A stretch of DNA of 64,000 nt, from assembly GCA_012295275.1 (NCBI GenBank), contig CM022678.1, forward strand, positions 7,502,001 through 7,566,000, in the 5' to 3' direction. A program made the position numbers and the translations under genes. The DNA is from Chrysomallon squamiferum (lineage: Eukaryota; Animalia; Mollusca). Shown one piece after another: positions 41,690-63,033 of the stretch. Numbering within the stretch: position 1 is the first letter of the stretch; each line of letters opens with the position of its first letter. The notes below the pieces were generated by a model, which saw nothing but the letters and a program-made list of their open reading frames with translations, made no database searches and had not been told where the DNA came from.

Positions 41690-42845
41690 AATAAACCTGA
41701 AACCTGAAAAAATTAGAGCAAGCTGTTGTGAAGCACGTCTACGACGGGCACGCTTTATGACAGGTCAGTGGGCGTGTCCGTCGCAGAAAAGAGTGTTTGG
41801 GTAAGGAAAGAGAATGGGTTCTCGTTACGATTACAGGACACAAGGGAGTGTCCAGCATATCGGATCGTAACGAGTCGGTTCCGATGTTTCGTAGAAGTTA
41901 TCCGCTCCTTGTTTCCGGCTCTTGTCTAGCTCGTTAAATGTCTCGTATTCGTCACCGGTTCCGTGTTGGTTGTGTCCTGTTTGTTTGTCCTCTTGTCGGC
42001 TGGTGCTGATATTTCCTTGTTCTTTTTGGCTGCTTCCCTCTGGTCCAACAATTCCAAAAGTTTATTTTTTTTTTTTTGCCCGATGTCTTTTTATTGATTT
42101 AAAAGATGCTATAAACACCTGCAACTAAGAATAAGAACATGAACATAGTTAACTTATTTAAATTTGGTACACATTTAAAAAAAAAAAAAAAAAAAAAAAA
42201 ATCTGGTAACCAGGTTTATACCGTCTGAAAGTAAGTACGTATAGTTTTGTTTTTAATTATTAATTTAATTGGCCACTCAAATTGACCCGTCAATCAGCCC
42301 GGTCCATCCATAGATCAATCAGCTGTTCAACCAATCAATCTGCAAGTCAATAAATTCATTCAATTGTTTTGGGATTGTTTTGGTGTCATAAAATTTTTTT
42401 TTTTTTTTAAATAATAAAAAATTTAAAAAAAAAATTCAAACTTTCAACTCCAAGAGTCTAAAGTTTGTGTTTTGTGTTCAGAATGTATGTTGTTACTGCA
42501 GCGAGGACTAACTCTCTCTGTCTTTCGTGGTTGGTGTCAAGATGTGTTGGAGCGTGAACTCGATTTTTAGTTCCTCCAGTGTGTTGCGTAGTTCTTGTCT
42601 TTCCTTGGCGAAATTTTGACAGTGAAACAAGTAGTGTTTCATGGTTTCGGAGAGCCCACAGCTGCAGTTGGGTTATGTGGTATTGTGGTATTTGTATCGG
42701 ATTGCATTTAAGTTGGTCGAGCAACCAATTCTGGCTTTGGTGAGATTGTTTTTGTGTAGTTTGTTGGCGAGTGTGATTTTGAGTGTTTTTGGTGAGTGGT
42801 TTGATGTTCAAGTGCCATTTGTTTTTGGTGTTTTTGGTTTTGACT
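41690..42845 (-). mobile_element. 5'-truncated non-LTR retrotransposon (LINE ORF2 C-terminus plus probable 3' UTR), pseudogenised
   Basis: Minus-strand 42845-42458 reads KWHLNIKP / LTKARIGCSTNLNA..*PNCSCGLSETMKHYLFHCQNF..ER..L / VLAAVTTYILNTK, a CCHC-type ORF2 end with one stop and two frameshifts. A/C-rich strand continues to a hairpin and short-repeat tail near 41690-41785; continuity across the A/T runs at 42060-42460 is inferred. Confidence 0.75.
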
Positions 42846-42947
42846 GAATGAATGAATGAAAGAATGAAAAAAATTAACGTGCTAAATCAGAGCTAGCTGT
42901 TGCGACGGGCACGCTTTCTGACAGGTCAGCGGGCGTGTCCGTCGCAG
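42845..42947 (-). mobile_element. Second copy of the retroposon 3' end, with hairpin and (TTCA)n tail
   Basis: Direct repeat of 41714-41785: gacgggcacgcttt.tgacaggtcag.gggcgtgtccgtcgcaga. Confidence 0.75.
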
Positions 42948-44130
42948 ATTGGTTTTACTGCATTTCGACTGCTTTTATACGATATTTTATAAAGGTGGCG
43001 TCGCCTGTTTCTTGCATGCGCAGTGCATGCTGGGTAGTGTTTCCCCGCCAAACCGTGTGAGTTCAGCCTATTTGGTTCTAAATTTTGATACAAAAAAATT
43101 CAATCATTCAACATCATCCCATGCATACTTACAAAAACCGTGTCCTGTTTGAGTTTCTGGCTCAATATTTTGTAAAACATAACTATACCTTCTGCTTATT
43201 ATTATTAGTTTTATGAGGTGCAAGATAAAATATTTTCAACCATCAGTCATCTCGATATGTTTGCAACAGTATTTTAGAAGGAAGTTATGATGCTTGCTAT
43301 AGCAATACCCGGCTACATCGATTTACGGCAAAACATTTATTTCTATTTTTTGGGGTTTTGTTCCTCTGTTGAAGGGACACCTGATATACAGACAGTTTCC
43401 GTCGGCCTCCACAGGTGTCCCTACAAGACAAGCACCGTCGTATACTTCATATCAATAAATCTTCATTTTTTAACGTTTCATTTAATTCCAGTTATTAGTT
43501 TTATATAAACTACGTGAACCGGTGTGACCTCGACGCATGCGCTGTGATGAGATCTTTTTTTTTTTTTTTTTCTGTTTGTCTGTCGATGATGCTGTTTAGC
43601 TGTTAGTTCGTTTTTGTCCGTGACCACTCGGCTGAAACCAGTGAAAATAAGTCATTCGTCGGTACGCGACATCTGAAACGAAAACAATGGGAACAACAGA
43701 AGCAGGCAGACAGCTACAGGGCCTTTCAATATGTGTAGTGTACATACATACACACACACACACAGATACATGCATACAAATATACATACATGCACACATA
43801 CATACATACACACATACATACATACATATATATATACATACATACATACACATACATACATACATACACACACATACATACACACACATACAAACATACA
43901 AACATACATACATACACACACACACACAAACATATATACATACATACATACGTACGTACATACATACGTAGACACAACCAATCTTTAATGCGACCGTTTT
44001 ACTCTCAGGCTGGTAAAGAACATGATATATGCTTTCCGACCTGTGAGTAACGTGTAACCAATATTCTGCTCCATATTTTTGTTATTTATAACTATAACTG
44101 CTAAGTCATTGTATGTGTGTGTGTGTGTGA

Positions 44131-44181
<51 letters not shown>

Positions 44182-44454
44182 TGTTTGTTTCGTGCTTGCA
44201 CGTTGATGCAGGTGTTTCATTTTATTTACGAGTGTATAGATAGGTAGGTTGATAGACACATATACAGATAGATAGATAGATATGTATGCAGTTCCCGACG
44301 CATTAACCTGAGAGCCACTGGTTGTACTGCAGTAAACATCTAAAGTTATCGGTGACACGAATCGATCCTGCGAACCTTAGCGCTCCGTGTTATCTACTGA
44401 AGTTCAGTATTACAAAAGTAATGACAAAGAAACCACGACTGTAATTTAGATAAT

Positions 44455-44536
<82 letters not shown>

Positions 44537-45007
44537 CGACACTCTGGCAGTTCATCAAAAGACTGCAAGGTCTTCTTCTGTGTACTTAGCAATTATGCAG
44601 GATAGCACATACCAAAACATTTGCTAGGAAGGTAGCACGGATGGTTAGAGTACACTGCAGGATGCTGAACTGTATTCCATATAAAATTTTCACAACCGTT
44701 TTATTAAAGGTCTTGATATGCGTTCCCCTGACTAGAAACTATTGACGCAGAAAAAAAAAAAAAAAAAAAAAAAAATGGCGTTTCATGCTGATTAAAAAAG
44801 AGAAGGAACAGGTCCACTGAGTGTATCGGTGGGTTTGCTTTCTCATTATCCCCAATATTTATGCTGCCATCGTTACAGCTGATTAATAATAAATGTTATC
44901 TGTATGGAAAATAGAATAACTGCGGCATAAGCGGGCTGACCGACCTACTGCGTGACAAAAATGATTCCCGTTAGTTTGAAAATAATGGAGTAAAAACATC
45001 AACATTA

Positions 45008-45076
<69 letters not shown>

Positions 45077-45411
45077 CTGAGAAGATTATATAAAGCTTCT
45101 TTGATAGTATAATTTCTTAGCCGTTTGAATATGTTTCGGGACTAAGTCGGCTTTGTTCGTTAGGCCGTTTTCACAATTTTCAACCGACACAAATGAGACA
45201 TAGACATTTTTTGAACTGGTTAAATTTAAAAACGAAATCGTGACTGTACGATTATTCCCAGGTTGTTTATCGACTATCACGTTACAACTGGGGTTTTGTA
45301 ATCACGCGCTCTGACGTCATTCAGTTTACAAACAGGGTCTATAACAATTCAGACGCGGGTCGTAAATTCAGGGTCAGAACGTAAGCCACTGCTTCGTAAG
45401 TGTTGCAGCCC

Positions 45412-45503
45412 TGTGACCTGTCAGAAAGCGTGCCCGTCATAGACGTGCTTCACAACAGCTTGCTCTGATTAGCACGTTCATTTTTTTCACTTCACTTCAC
45501 TTT
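45412..45503 (+). mobile_element. Third (inverted) copy of the same retroposon 3' end, with (TTCAC)n tail
   Basis: tgacctgtcagaaagcgtgcccgtcatagacgtgcttcacaacagcttgctctgattagcacgtt is the reverse complement of 41714-41766 and 42876-42927. Confidence 0.75.
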
Positions 45504-45969
45504 ATGGCTATTACATACTGATTCTTATGTAAAGCATATTAACGTTTGATAGAAATATGTAGACATATATACTGATACTAATGTTAAAAAGACGATAATA
45601 CTTATTGCTAACTGGCATGTAACCAAATAAAATGTAATTTGAACTGATATTGGCATGTGTTGTAAAATAATATTTATTGATATTATCATCACTGACTGTG
45701 ACATAAAACGAAAAATCACATGTGTTTGTTGATACCAATCTATAAAGCAATGTAAAAGATACTGCGATATAAATCCATATTTAATACCTAGTTAGAAAAG
45801 AAAAAAAGATGTTAGTGTCAGTGTTTAAGACAGGTGTTCAAATACTTTTATGTCAGAAATTTTTGTATATTATATTGAGAGTTTTGTTTTGTTTTGTTTT
45901 GTTTTCTGTGTACCTTGTTGTATTTTCTTTTCTTTTTTTTTAATTTTTAATTTTATTTATTTTTCTCTT

Positions 45970-46023
<54 letters not shown>

Positions 46024-46233
46024 TGTTTTCTATGTTTTTGTTATTTTATGGTTTTTAGTTGTTCATTTTTCCTTCTTTTTCTCTTTCTTTATGTCTTCTT
46101 ATTTAAAATTATTATTATTATTATTATTATATAAGTGTGTTTGTTATATATACATATGTGTGTGTGCATGTGTATGCATAAAACTCCGTGTATGTGTGTT
46201 TGTATGCTATACTGATGTAACGAGAAGAAAGTG

Positions 46234-46321
<88 letters not shown>

Positions 46322-47099
46322 GTGGCGGTGGGGAAAAGAATTATAATTTTCTTTTATAAATTAAACAATCCGTCCCAACAACTGACCCGCTTCGCTCGTT
46401 CGAGAGGACATGCATGCTCGGCGGTTTCCTACCTGAAATACTACAACAATGCGCTTTAAGCTGTGTATCTCATTTCACCGTCACCTGCATAATCTTCGAA
46501 AACAAGCTTCCCATATTGTCGTAACAGGAAGACAGAAAATAGCTTTTCTGACAAGAAACCGTTAACTTGTGATTATTATTACGACCCATGTGATGCAAGC
46601 TGTATATCTCATTTCACTGTCAACTGCAACACGTTTGAAAGCATACTGACAACTCCGTTGAATTATTCATATCTCTGCTACAGCGTTACGGGTATTAACA
46701 ATAGTAAGATAATCCGAAGTTGCGCACGAAACTAAGGCTATATCAGATATATCTAGAATATGTGCTTGAACCAAGAATGACTAAACACTTGAGTTAATAC
46801 TAAACCAAAACTTCCTGATACTCCGGCGGAATCCACTACCTTATTATCATCGAAATAACAAAAATACCTTTCAGTAATAGAACGTATACATTTTTGTGTT
46901 TGTCCATGTATAGATACAGATATTGTGTATCTTAGATGTTGTTTTATTTCAACAACAGAACAACATTTACATTAATAACAATAATAATAATAATAATAAT
47001 AAAAAATTTGCATCTGTAGAAAAATAGATGTAAAATATTGATTGCTGCTTTGGAAAAAAAATTATTTTTATGCTGTTATAGTAGTAGCAGTAATAATAA

Positions 47100-47130
<31 letters not shown>

Positions 47131-48383
47131 ATGATGATGAAAATAACTATAATAATAATCATGATATGTGTCACTTTTATCAACAGACAAATTGAAGTAA
47201 CACAATCTCTTTTTTTTAAACTTTTCTTTAGCTATTTTTTTTGTTTTGTTTGTTTGTTTCTTGTCGTAATAGATCTGTTTTTTGGGGACTTTTTTTTTTT
47301 TTTTTTTTTAGGAAACCAGTCAATAACATAATATTACATCATGCAGTAAATACGATTCCTAATTGCGTAATGGATCGTTGATCAGTCCTACCCATTTCCC
47401 AACATATCCTGTGTACTTTGATCTGGCTAACAAACGCTATGGTGGTTTCATGTTATGGTTATTTTTAAAGTTTTTTTTTTTTTTTTTTTTTTAGTCACTG
47501 AAACCCTATCAGCTCTTCTATTGCTGTTTGTCATTGTATTTTGAAGCGAAATTATTAGAGGCAAGAGAATTTTGTTGTTGTGGCATTTCGTCCGTGTGTG
47601 TGTGTGATGTTTATGTGTGTGTGCTTTTCATTTCACTTCCATTATTATTATTGTTGTTGTTGTTGTTGTTGTTGTTAATTCAGAGGGGTGTTTGTTTGTT
47701 TGGGGTTTTTCTTTTTCGTTCTATGGTAAACAATACAAAAGTAAACTTCAGTTAATTACTCTGTCAGGTATTACTATTAAGGGTCTGATCTAGAATTATG
47801 AGGCTACAACTAATCGAGTTATATATAAAAAATAACATTACGAGATGTGATGAAACAGCAGACCTACATTTCGTACATTCGTGAGTCGATAATTAGATCA
47901 ATCAGGCGCTATAGATCAATCAGTACAATTACAAAATAAAATAAAATAAAATAAAATAAAATAAAATAAAATAATAATAAAATAAAAGAAAAGAATAATA
48001 AGAAGAAGATTTAAAACAAATAACAATTATTAGAGATTTAAAAATAAAAAAATAAAAAAAAGTAGTGAAGAAAAATCGCTTTAACTGCAATTCACACATT
48101 CTCCTTTCAACTCGTATTAAATAACAATAAAAAAACAACAAACATTAACGTCCTATGTTAGAACAAGCGCCCCTGGGCACACATCTCACCGCAATGTCTG
48201 ACAGCCACGGTAATGAACGAGCCTAGAGGGGACATAGGCCAAATGCGGTTTGGTTTCAAAGAAACTTCAATACTGCGTGGTCATAATTTTACTATAAAAA
48301 ACATGCACGAAGTTGCTGCTCGACATTATTCAGTCGAATTTTTTTTTTTTTTGCACTTACCTCCTTCATAATGATTTACCGTC

Positions 48384-48422
<39 letters not shown>

Positions 48423-48610
48423 GTGCCTTTTAGGATCGTGTAAATAATATTAATTATCGTAATTTATTAGACGGAAATCATTCTTGAATGAGTGTGTGTG
48501 TGTGTATGTATGTAAAATAAATACTGTTACCTACCAGACAATAATCAGCTTAGCAGTGTTTATATCTTATATCTTTCATTAAAATCTTTAAAAATTGCAT
48601 TACTTTTAAA

Positions 48611-48641
<31 letters not shown>

Positions 48642-49948
48642 GTTTTATTGGTATATATTAATCAAACTAAATTTGGGCAGTATAAAAAAATAAATTTTGT
48701 CTGCCCAGTTATTCGTTATTAACATCCTTCGATATATATCCAAAGACAACAAAATAAAAAATAAAATAAAATAAAACCTAAACAATTTTATTAATGAAGT
48801 AACCATTTCCCAAAAATAATGAGCAAGAACTTCTGCTGCTGGAAAATTTAAAAAATAATAATACAAAAATATTATATATATATATATATGATTCACTCGC
48901 TCAAAGAACACAGCAATTATTATGATGGCCACTCTTTTAAGATTAAACAACAAAAAAGAATCAGGTATTATAAATAACCCATAATAATGAGAACGTTTAG
49001 AAAACGTAAAATAATCAGTGGAAAGACAACTCTGTTTAAAGTTTCCCAAATTTGTATGAAAGGTATTCACTGCCCTTGAAAAGAAACAAACATCCTTTTT
49101 GAATTATTTATCTTCTTTACTGACAGCACATCAGTACTTTCATATACCAAAAGGACAACATTCAAATTTTGATAATGATCAATTTTTAGAAGGTAACTGA
49201 CACTTTTTCATCCAGAATAAATCATAATTAATGTTGTTTCTAACAGCAAAGACAACAAAACAGAGTCTTTGATAAAATAAAAACATCAACAGTAAGCTAC
49301 TAGATAGATTGGGAATCAGCCCAATAAATTATCTTTCAGCTGTTTGCTGATAAACCATCACTGGCATCTGTCTAGAAAACAGAATAACTGTTGCAGTTTT
49401 TTTGTATACATAAGTCAATTAATATATAAGTATTTAATAGATAAGTATTTAGATAGATTGATTTTGTGGCTATAGCAATTTAGCATCAAGTACCTATTGT
49501 TAAATATGCATTTTTTAAATTATTATTCGTGAATATCTGCATTATGTAAAGAAGAGACTAACACACCAAAACAGTTATTTCTCCTTTGTTTGTTTTAAAT
49601 TTATATCTCTCGTATAAGCTTCTATAAATGAACTGAACAAAGTGCTGAGGTGACATTCTCAGATGTATGTTCTCAGACAGATGTATTTATGAATGTCCAG
49701 CTTCATTCATTCAAATGTTTTAAAAACTCGTCTTTATTTTGTGTTCTTCATTCTTTTCCTCTACTGCCACAGATATATTTTTAACATCAATGATCATCAC
49801 AACTCAAAATATCAACTTTGCTGAGATGATGCTTCTAGTGTTGTAATCATCATCATCAATCATTGTTCATTAGCATCATCAGAAATGTTATCTGTCAATT
49901 TTAATCAGAAATTTCTAAGAAATATCCATTTCCTAGAATCCAGTACAA

Positions 49949-50247
49949 TTATGGTGGCGCTTTTCTTTTCTTCCCAGCTTTCGGACTAGGATCCTGGTTA
50001 TCTGTGGACTTCTCTGAAAAACAAAATTAAAATCATGTAATTTATTTAAAGAAAGAAAATCTTGCTTTAATTGTATAATGTATATAAATAAAACTGGTCT
50101 AATAACAGCTCTTTGAGATCCAAAGTGTTCTTGGTACAGTGCTGTCTGGAATATTTTTGCACTCAAGAAACCATTACAAATTAGGACACACACACACACA
50201 CACACATATATATATTTATATATATACAGATAGGTAGATATACAAAC

Positions 50248-50280
<33 letters not shown>

Positions 50281-51447
50281 GATATAGATATATATATATA
50301 TATATACAGATAGATAGATATATAGATATACATATAGATTATACATATATATAGATATACATATATATATATAGAGATATACAAATATATATATATATAT
50401 ATAGTAAGTAATACATGACCCAATATGATACTGAGGTAAGTAAGTTTCTATACTCTTGTGTCTAATTATTGATGTTAAAAACAATAAAAAGTAACAGAAA
50501 AAATAATAATTAATAAATAAATAAAAATAACAATATTACCAAGATAAAGGTTGTATTCAATTATCTAATGTTTCTGGTCAGAGGTGGATGCATTGCTAAG
50601 TGAAATAAAATGAGATGAAGATGATCTTGTAGTTAAAGCTAGAGTTACATTGATGGATATCAAGTTCAGAAAATAAATGTGTCATTTTGCCAGCAAAGAC
50701 TCTTTACATGGATAAAATTGTCTAAAAATGTTTATTCAAACTGCTGTGGTGACAACTTTCTTAAATGCAAAAACACATAATATTCAAGAATAGTTTAACA
50801 ATTCACAATATTTTGACGAACTTCAATATTTTTACCAAGTTCTGGTACATATTAGTTTGGCATATCATAACACATATCATGTTCAATTTTGTTTTCATCA
50901 AAATAATGTCTATATCAATTTCGATCTATCTATCTATCTCTATCTGTATCTGTATCTATATACATACAGACACACACATTTTATATGACAGCATGAATTC
51001 ATGACATTTTTATTGGCCTGGTTTTTAAAAATCATAAAATTTCAGATAACATTATTAAATAACAATTAGGCTGTGTTTTTGTCACTATACTAACATCAGT
51101 ACTAAATCATATTTTAGTATTACAGTAAAGAGACTGATGCTACATGATACCTGGCTGATACAGTAATTAATTAATTTACCTTGTTCGTTCTTCTTATGAG
51201 CTGCTTGCCACAAAGCATTTTTAACAAATCTCTTGGCAGCAGGCTTGTCCAGTTTTGGTGCATTTTCTTTCTCTTGTATTTCTTTTACACGTTTCATGTA
51301 ACTTCTTATTCTTTCCTGAATAAAAATAATTAATAAATAAATTTATTAAAAAATAAAATAAAAATATCCAGGCTTTGAGTTATTGTTGTACTACAGAAAG
51401 CTATTCTCATGCACTTTGAATGTGAGTGTTTCTGAGTTTTATATAGT

Positions 51448-51498
<51 letters not shown>

Positions 51499-53417
51499 TG
51501 TATATGTGTATGTGTAAATTTTGATCATCAATTTTTATTTTTTTGGACAAGGTAAATGACAAATCACTATCTAGATTAAATTTTAGTGAAAGCATAAACA
51601 TGATTTAATTAAATTTAACTTGCAAAAGAAACTACAGAGACTTAATTAAAAAGAAAAGGATCTTAATTTTCCATAACCAGAGTTTCATATTAAATGAGTG
51701 ATAGAAACTGGTTGAAATGAAATGTTAGATCAAATACTGTTCCCAAGAGTGACACATTTCTCTTTTATGAGATAATCAAAATATAAAAATGGTAGAAACT
51801 ATTCCCAGTTTATAACAAATAATTTATTTTAAATAACATTCTAATAACTAATAACTGATCTATCTGCCCAATGACAATATTCTATTTCTATGCAGTCTTT
51901 TCATTATTTTTATCTAGAAGAAATAGTATTAATAATGATTGTTATCATTATCATTTTTATTATTTTCATTACCATCATTATTATTAGTATTAGTGATTAA
52001 ACATCCTAACCTATGTTTTATGTAACAATGATGTGAAGGAAAGGTTATATTCTTTCCATCATTCTATGTGCCAACCAATACTGAATACAGCTTACAAATA
52101 AAAAGATATCTTAGATAGGAGGAACCATATAGAATACCATACATTTATTGAAAGGACATGATGAGGAAATAATGGCAGCATCATGGATTTACTGAATCTA
52201 CAATAATCATACAACTCCACCAATGAACTACAGAATATTGTACTAGTTCTATTAACTAAGCTAACAAAAATAATTTTACTAGTTCTGTTAACAAAGATAA
52301 TAAAAATATCTACAATAATCAAAAACTCCATTTTTGTACCAGTTCTGTTAACAAAGATTTGACTGAACATGTTCTATTAACTAAGCTAACAAAAATAATT
52401 TTACCAGTTCCTGTTTGACTGCATGTTCTTTAGGGTTCACACCACACACATTAAGATACACTGAAAACAAAACAATAACAACTAAACCTAATAATTATTA
52501 AGAAAATGTATTTATGATGTGAAGAAAGTTATAACGTTTTTGGTTATCAAAACTGTAATTATAAATCCAATTTCATGAGATAAAATAAATTTTAATAAGA
52601 AATCATTTGACATTTAATTTGAATGACTAGCCACTAGGCCATTTTTATTTCTTGACACCAAAGATGTTTATTAGTTTTACACACACACACACAAGCTTAC
52701 ACTTATATATTATATAAATATATGTGTGTGTGTGTGTGTTAATACATATAACCTCAAACATAAAAAGAACAATATAATCATTATATAATGATGGCAATAT
52801 TTATAGATATAAATATGTAGACAGAGTGATATACAGAGATATAAAGATATGAAAACCATTCTCAGGACTAATAGATATTTAATTATTATTATTATTATTA
52901 TTATATATATATATATCAGCCCACCGAAGGAAAAAAAATCATCAAGAAAAGTCAAAACAGATTATTACCGTAGCAACTTTAGTAAAATTAGCAAGTCACA
53001 GAAGTCTGTCTATGAATTATAACAGGACAGTGCCAAAAAGAAGACTGGATCATTACTCATTAAACATCATCAGTACTCAGTACCTGTATGAGATACTAAG
53101 CTATACACTACTGCTTAACTATCTGTTAGTCTTTTATAATTATTTTTTTAAATTATTTTTTTTAAAGCACAGAAGCAAGCTGTGGTACAATCTGACTATT
53201 TAATAAAATTCCCAATGGAATCCTAAAGATTTAAAAATTTTTTAGTAATCCTGTAAACTTACTCCAAAATAAAGAATTTATTGTGTATGCAGTAACAAGC
53301 TCCATTTTCCCCAGGTCTAATGGTTTTAACTGAAATAAGAAACAAAATGTTTGTTATTATAATTTATATCTAGCAATAATATTAATAATTTTGTAACCAA
53401 AATCTAATTATATATCT

Positions 53418-53488
<71 letters not shown>

Positions 53489-53882
53489 AATAAACCATAG
53501 TAATTATTATACAATACTGAATATATATATCATAATCATTCATTAATATTACTTATTATGATTATAATTTATATCATATTTTAAATTTATATTCAAATAC
53601 TGCCATTATGTATATATGCGGTCATCGTGCGTATTAAAAGAAAAGCAAACAATTATGACATAGAATTAAATATAGTTTAAGATAATCATTCTGTTAAAAG
53701 AAATAACAAAAACATATTAAACGAAAACTGGAAAAGTAACTGACATTTTCCGTCAACACCGAGTGTGGACATGATATTAGCGGATCTAACGTTGTTTCCA
53801 AGTCCGTAAGTGCTTCGTTGAAAGATATAAGTTTATCTTTCATTTCTGCTGGGATTTCATCCACGTCATTCGCGTCTGCCAT
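49949..53882 (-). CDS. C1D: Nuclear nucleic acid-binding protein C1D (Rrp47/Sas10-C1D family, exosome cofactor), complete, 5 exons, 153 aa
   Basis: Exons 53882-53745, 53329-53263, 52460-52405, 51315-51180, 50013-49949 (462 nt, all GT-AG, in frame). Motifs [25 protein letters not shown]..[44 protein letters not shown]; basic KKRK tail. Confidence 0.95.
52190..52430. repeat. Degenerate tandem duplication spanning the C1D exon-3 donor
   Basis: gttctattaactaagctaacaaaaataattttac.agttc occurs at about 52245 and 52371; agttctgttaacaaagat is also repeated. Confidence 0.75.
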
Positions 53883-54098
53883 AATCGTATGTTCAGATAA
53901 CAACTTTTGTTATGTTATAAATGCACCACGTTTTCTCAAGACGAAGAAGGAAGTTGGATTACGGATGTTTAATGTTTTTGCTACTTAAATTCCTCCATTT
54001 CTAGGCAACCCAAGATTTAACTTGTAAAGCTGTTTAATAACATATCAGTAAAATGAACTGTAATTATGATTGTTCGGTTTGCCAGCTGAAATTCGCAC

Positions 54099-54152
<54 letters not shown>

Positions 54153-54428
54153 GAAAGAAATGAAAAAGAACTGAAACAATGATTATAAAAACAACAAGAA
54201 CTATAAAGGATGTAAGTGAATAAAAATAAATATAAATATAAGAAAAATCAAATATACCAGCCTTTATTTAAATTAACTAATCTCACGAAATGTTTCAACT
54301 AATAAAATAAAATGTTGATTATAAAATATATAATTTTATCTCACTGGACAGAAGAACGGCTGTAAAACTAAATACACACACAAGAAAACACACGGAAAAC
54401 AAAATAGGAAGTACACCAGAGCAGTTAA

Positions 54429-54548
<120 letters not shown>

Positions 54549-54814
54549 TCACAAACACACACGCACATACACACACACAAAGAAAGCAGTTACTAAATCG
54601 ATAAGGTGATTTTCCTACGATACAACCTTAATAATAATAATAAAATAATAATAATAATAATAATAATAAAATAATAATAATAAATAACCTAATTAGTACA
54701 CTAATTAGTAGCATACCAAACATTCATTTCACTTATCAGTATAAACGATTTGTTTCTAAATTAGAGTTAATTCCCTTTAACAATCATCTGTCATTTTTAC
54801 ATTGTCTTATAACG

Positions 54815-54839
54815 TGACGTCAATAATGATTTGACGTCA
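54815..54839. promoter_or_regulatory. Two perfect CRE palindromes (TGACGTCA) 17 bp apart, about 0.9 kb upstream of the C1D ATG
   Basis: TGACGTCA at 54815-54822 and 54832-54839; function not shown. Confidence 0.45.
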
Positions 54840-55101
54840 TGTGACTGACCAAAGTTTTGGATATCGTGTCGTTTGGATGTATTTGTGTAGCTTGCTGTAT
54901 TCGGTGAGTTTTAAGCTTTTATAATATACACGTATACAAAAACCACGCTCAAAAATTCACAAATTCATTCATCCTTACTAACTGATTTCTTTCGTTCAAT
55001 GTGCTATATGAAATTTTATGTAAGGAAGCATCAGATTTGTTAAAAATCTGAAGATATATTTATATTATGTTACTCATAGATCCATTATAAATAATAATAT
55101 C

Positions 55102-55141
<40 letters not shown>

Positions 55142-55592
55142 CACGCAGGAATACATACACTCACACATACATATACATGTAGATTGCGAACATTTGTTTA
55201 TTTATGAGTGTGTGTCTATGTATGTGTTTTATATGTATATGTTTGTTTATAGCTGTATGTGTATGTGTGTGTATAGGTGTTTGTGTTTATTTTTCTCGCA
55301 TTTTCTGCAAATGATTGTTTCAGACATTGACTGAAAGACGTAAATTCACACCTACATTATGTGGAAACGCAGACACATATATAAAAAATACATACATATA
55401 GAATGACAGCCAAGTAGGTAGATCGATTTGTTTTGGTGTGGGTGTTTGTATGTGAGTTTGTATGGGTGCGCATGTTTGTGTGCACGTGCGCATTATTCAC
55501 AAACTGGAATACAAATTATTTTGAAGGATTATATCCTTTCATTTATAGTCGCACTGCTTTATATTTTATTTATTTATTTATTTATTTATTTA

Positions 55593-55624
<32 letters not shown>

Positions 55625-56197
55625 TAATATAAACAACAACAACTTACTGTAATTTAAAATATATTTATTATTGTGTACATACATTTTATTTTACAAATAA
55701 TAAAATTCACAGATAGAATAACAGTTAAAATTTACTTCGATTGCTTAATCGGTATTTTTAATTTTATATTTACTAATCCATAAATATAGTTTTACGAATC
55801 ATGATGTAATTATTCTTCAGTTAACAATGCCATCGCTAGCTTATTTGTTTTGTGTTTTAAACTACATATTTATTATACATACATTTCGCTTCACCAAACC
55901 GTAAATCTACCCCTAAACTAACTTTAATAAAATACACCTTTGTCACTTCAAAAATACACAGTAATATTAAACAGTTTGTAATTAACTACTGCTTACTTTT
56001 TTCTCTATTTGTCGGTAACAAAAATATTTATGAACGAAATAATCTGAAATTTTCACATTCATTTTTCTTCTGTCCGACCGTGATTCCATACCATTCGCAA
56101 CCATGTTTATTTCTTCTTCTTTCTATCATCTAACACAGACAACAATGAAATGGGTTTTTTGTGGGGAGGGGGGGTTCTGATAAATATAATTTCCTTT

Positions 56198-63033
<6,836 letters not shown>

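Noticed and set aside
44625-44680. tRNA A-box-like GGTAGCACGGATGGTTAGAG
   Set aside because: No B-box or cloverleaf; at most a decayed SINE head.
48610-48650. Minus-strand AATAAA followed by a long A run, as a retrocopy signature
   Set aside because: Long A/T runs are ubiquitous here and C1D has introns; it may only mark the C1D 3' end.
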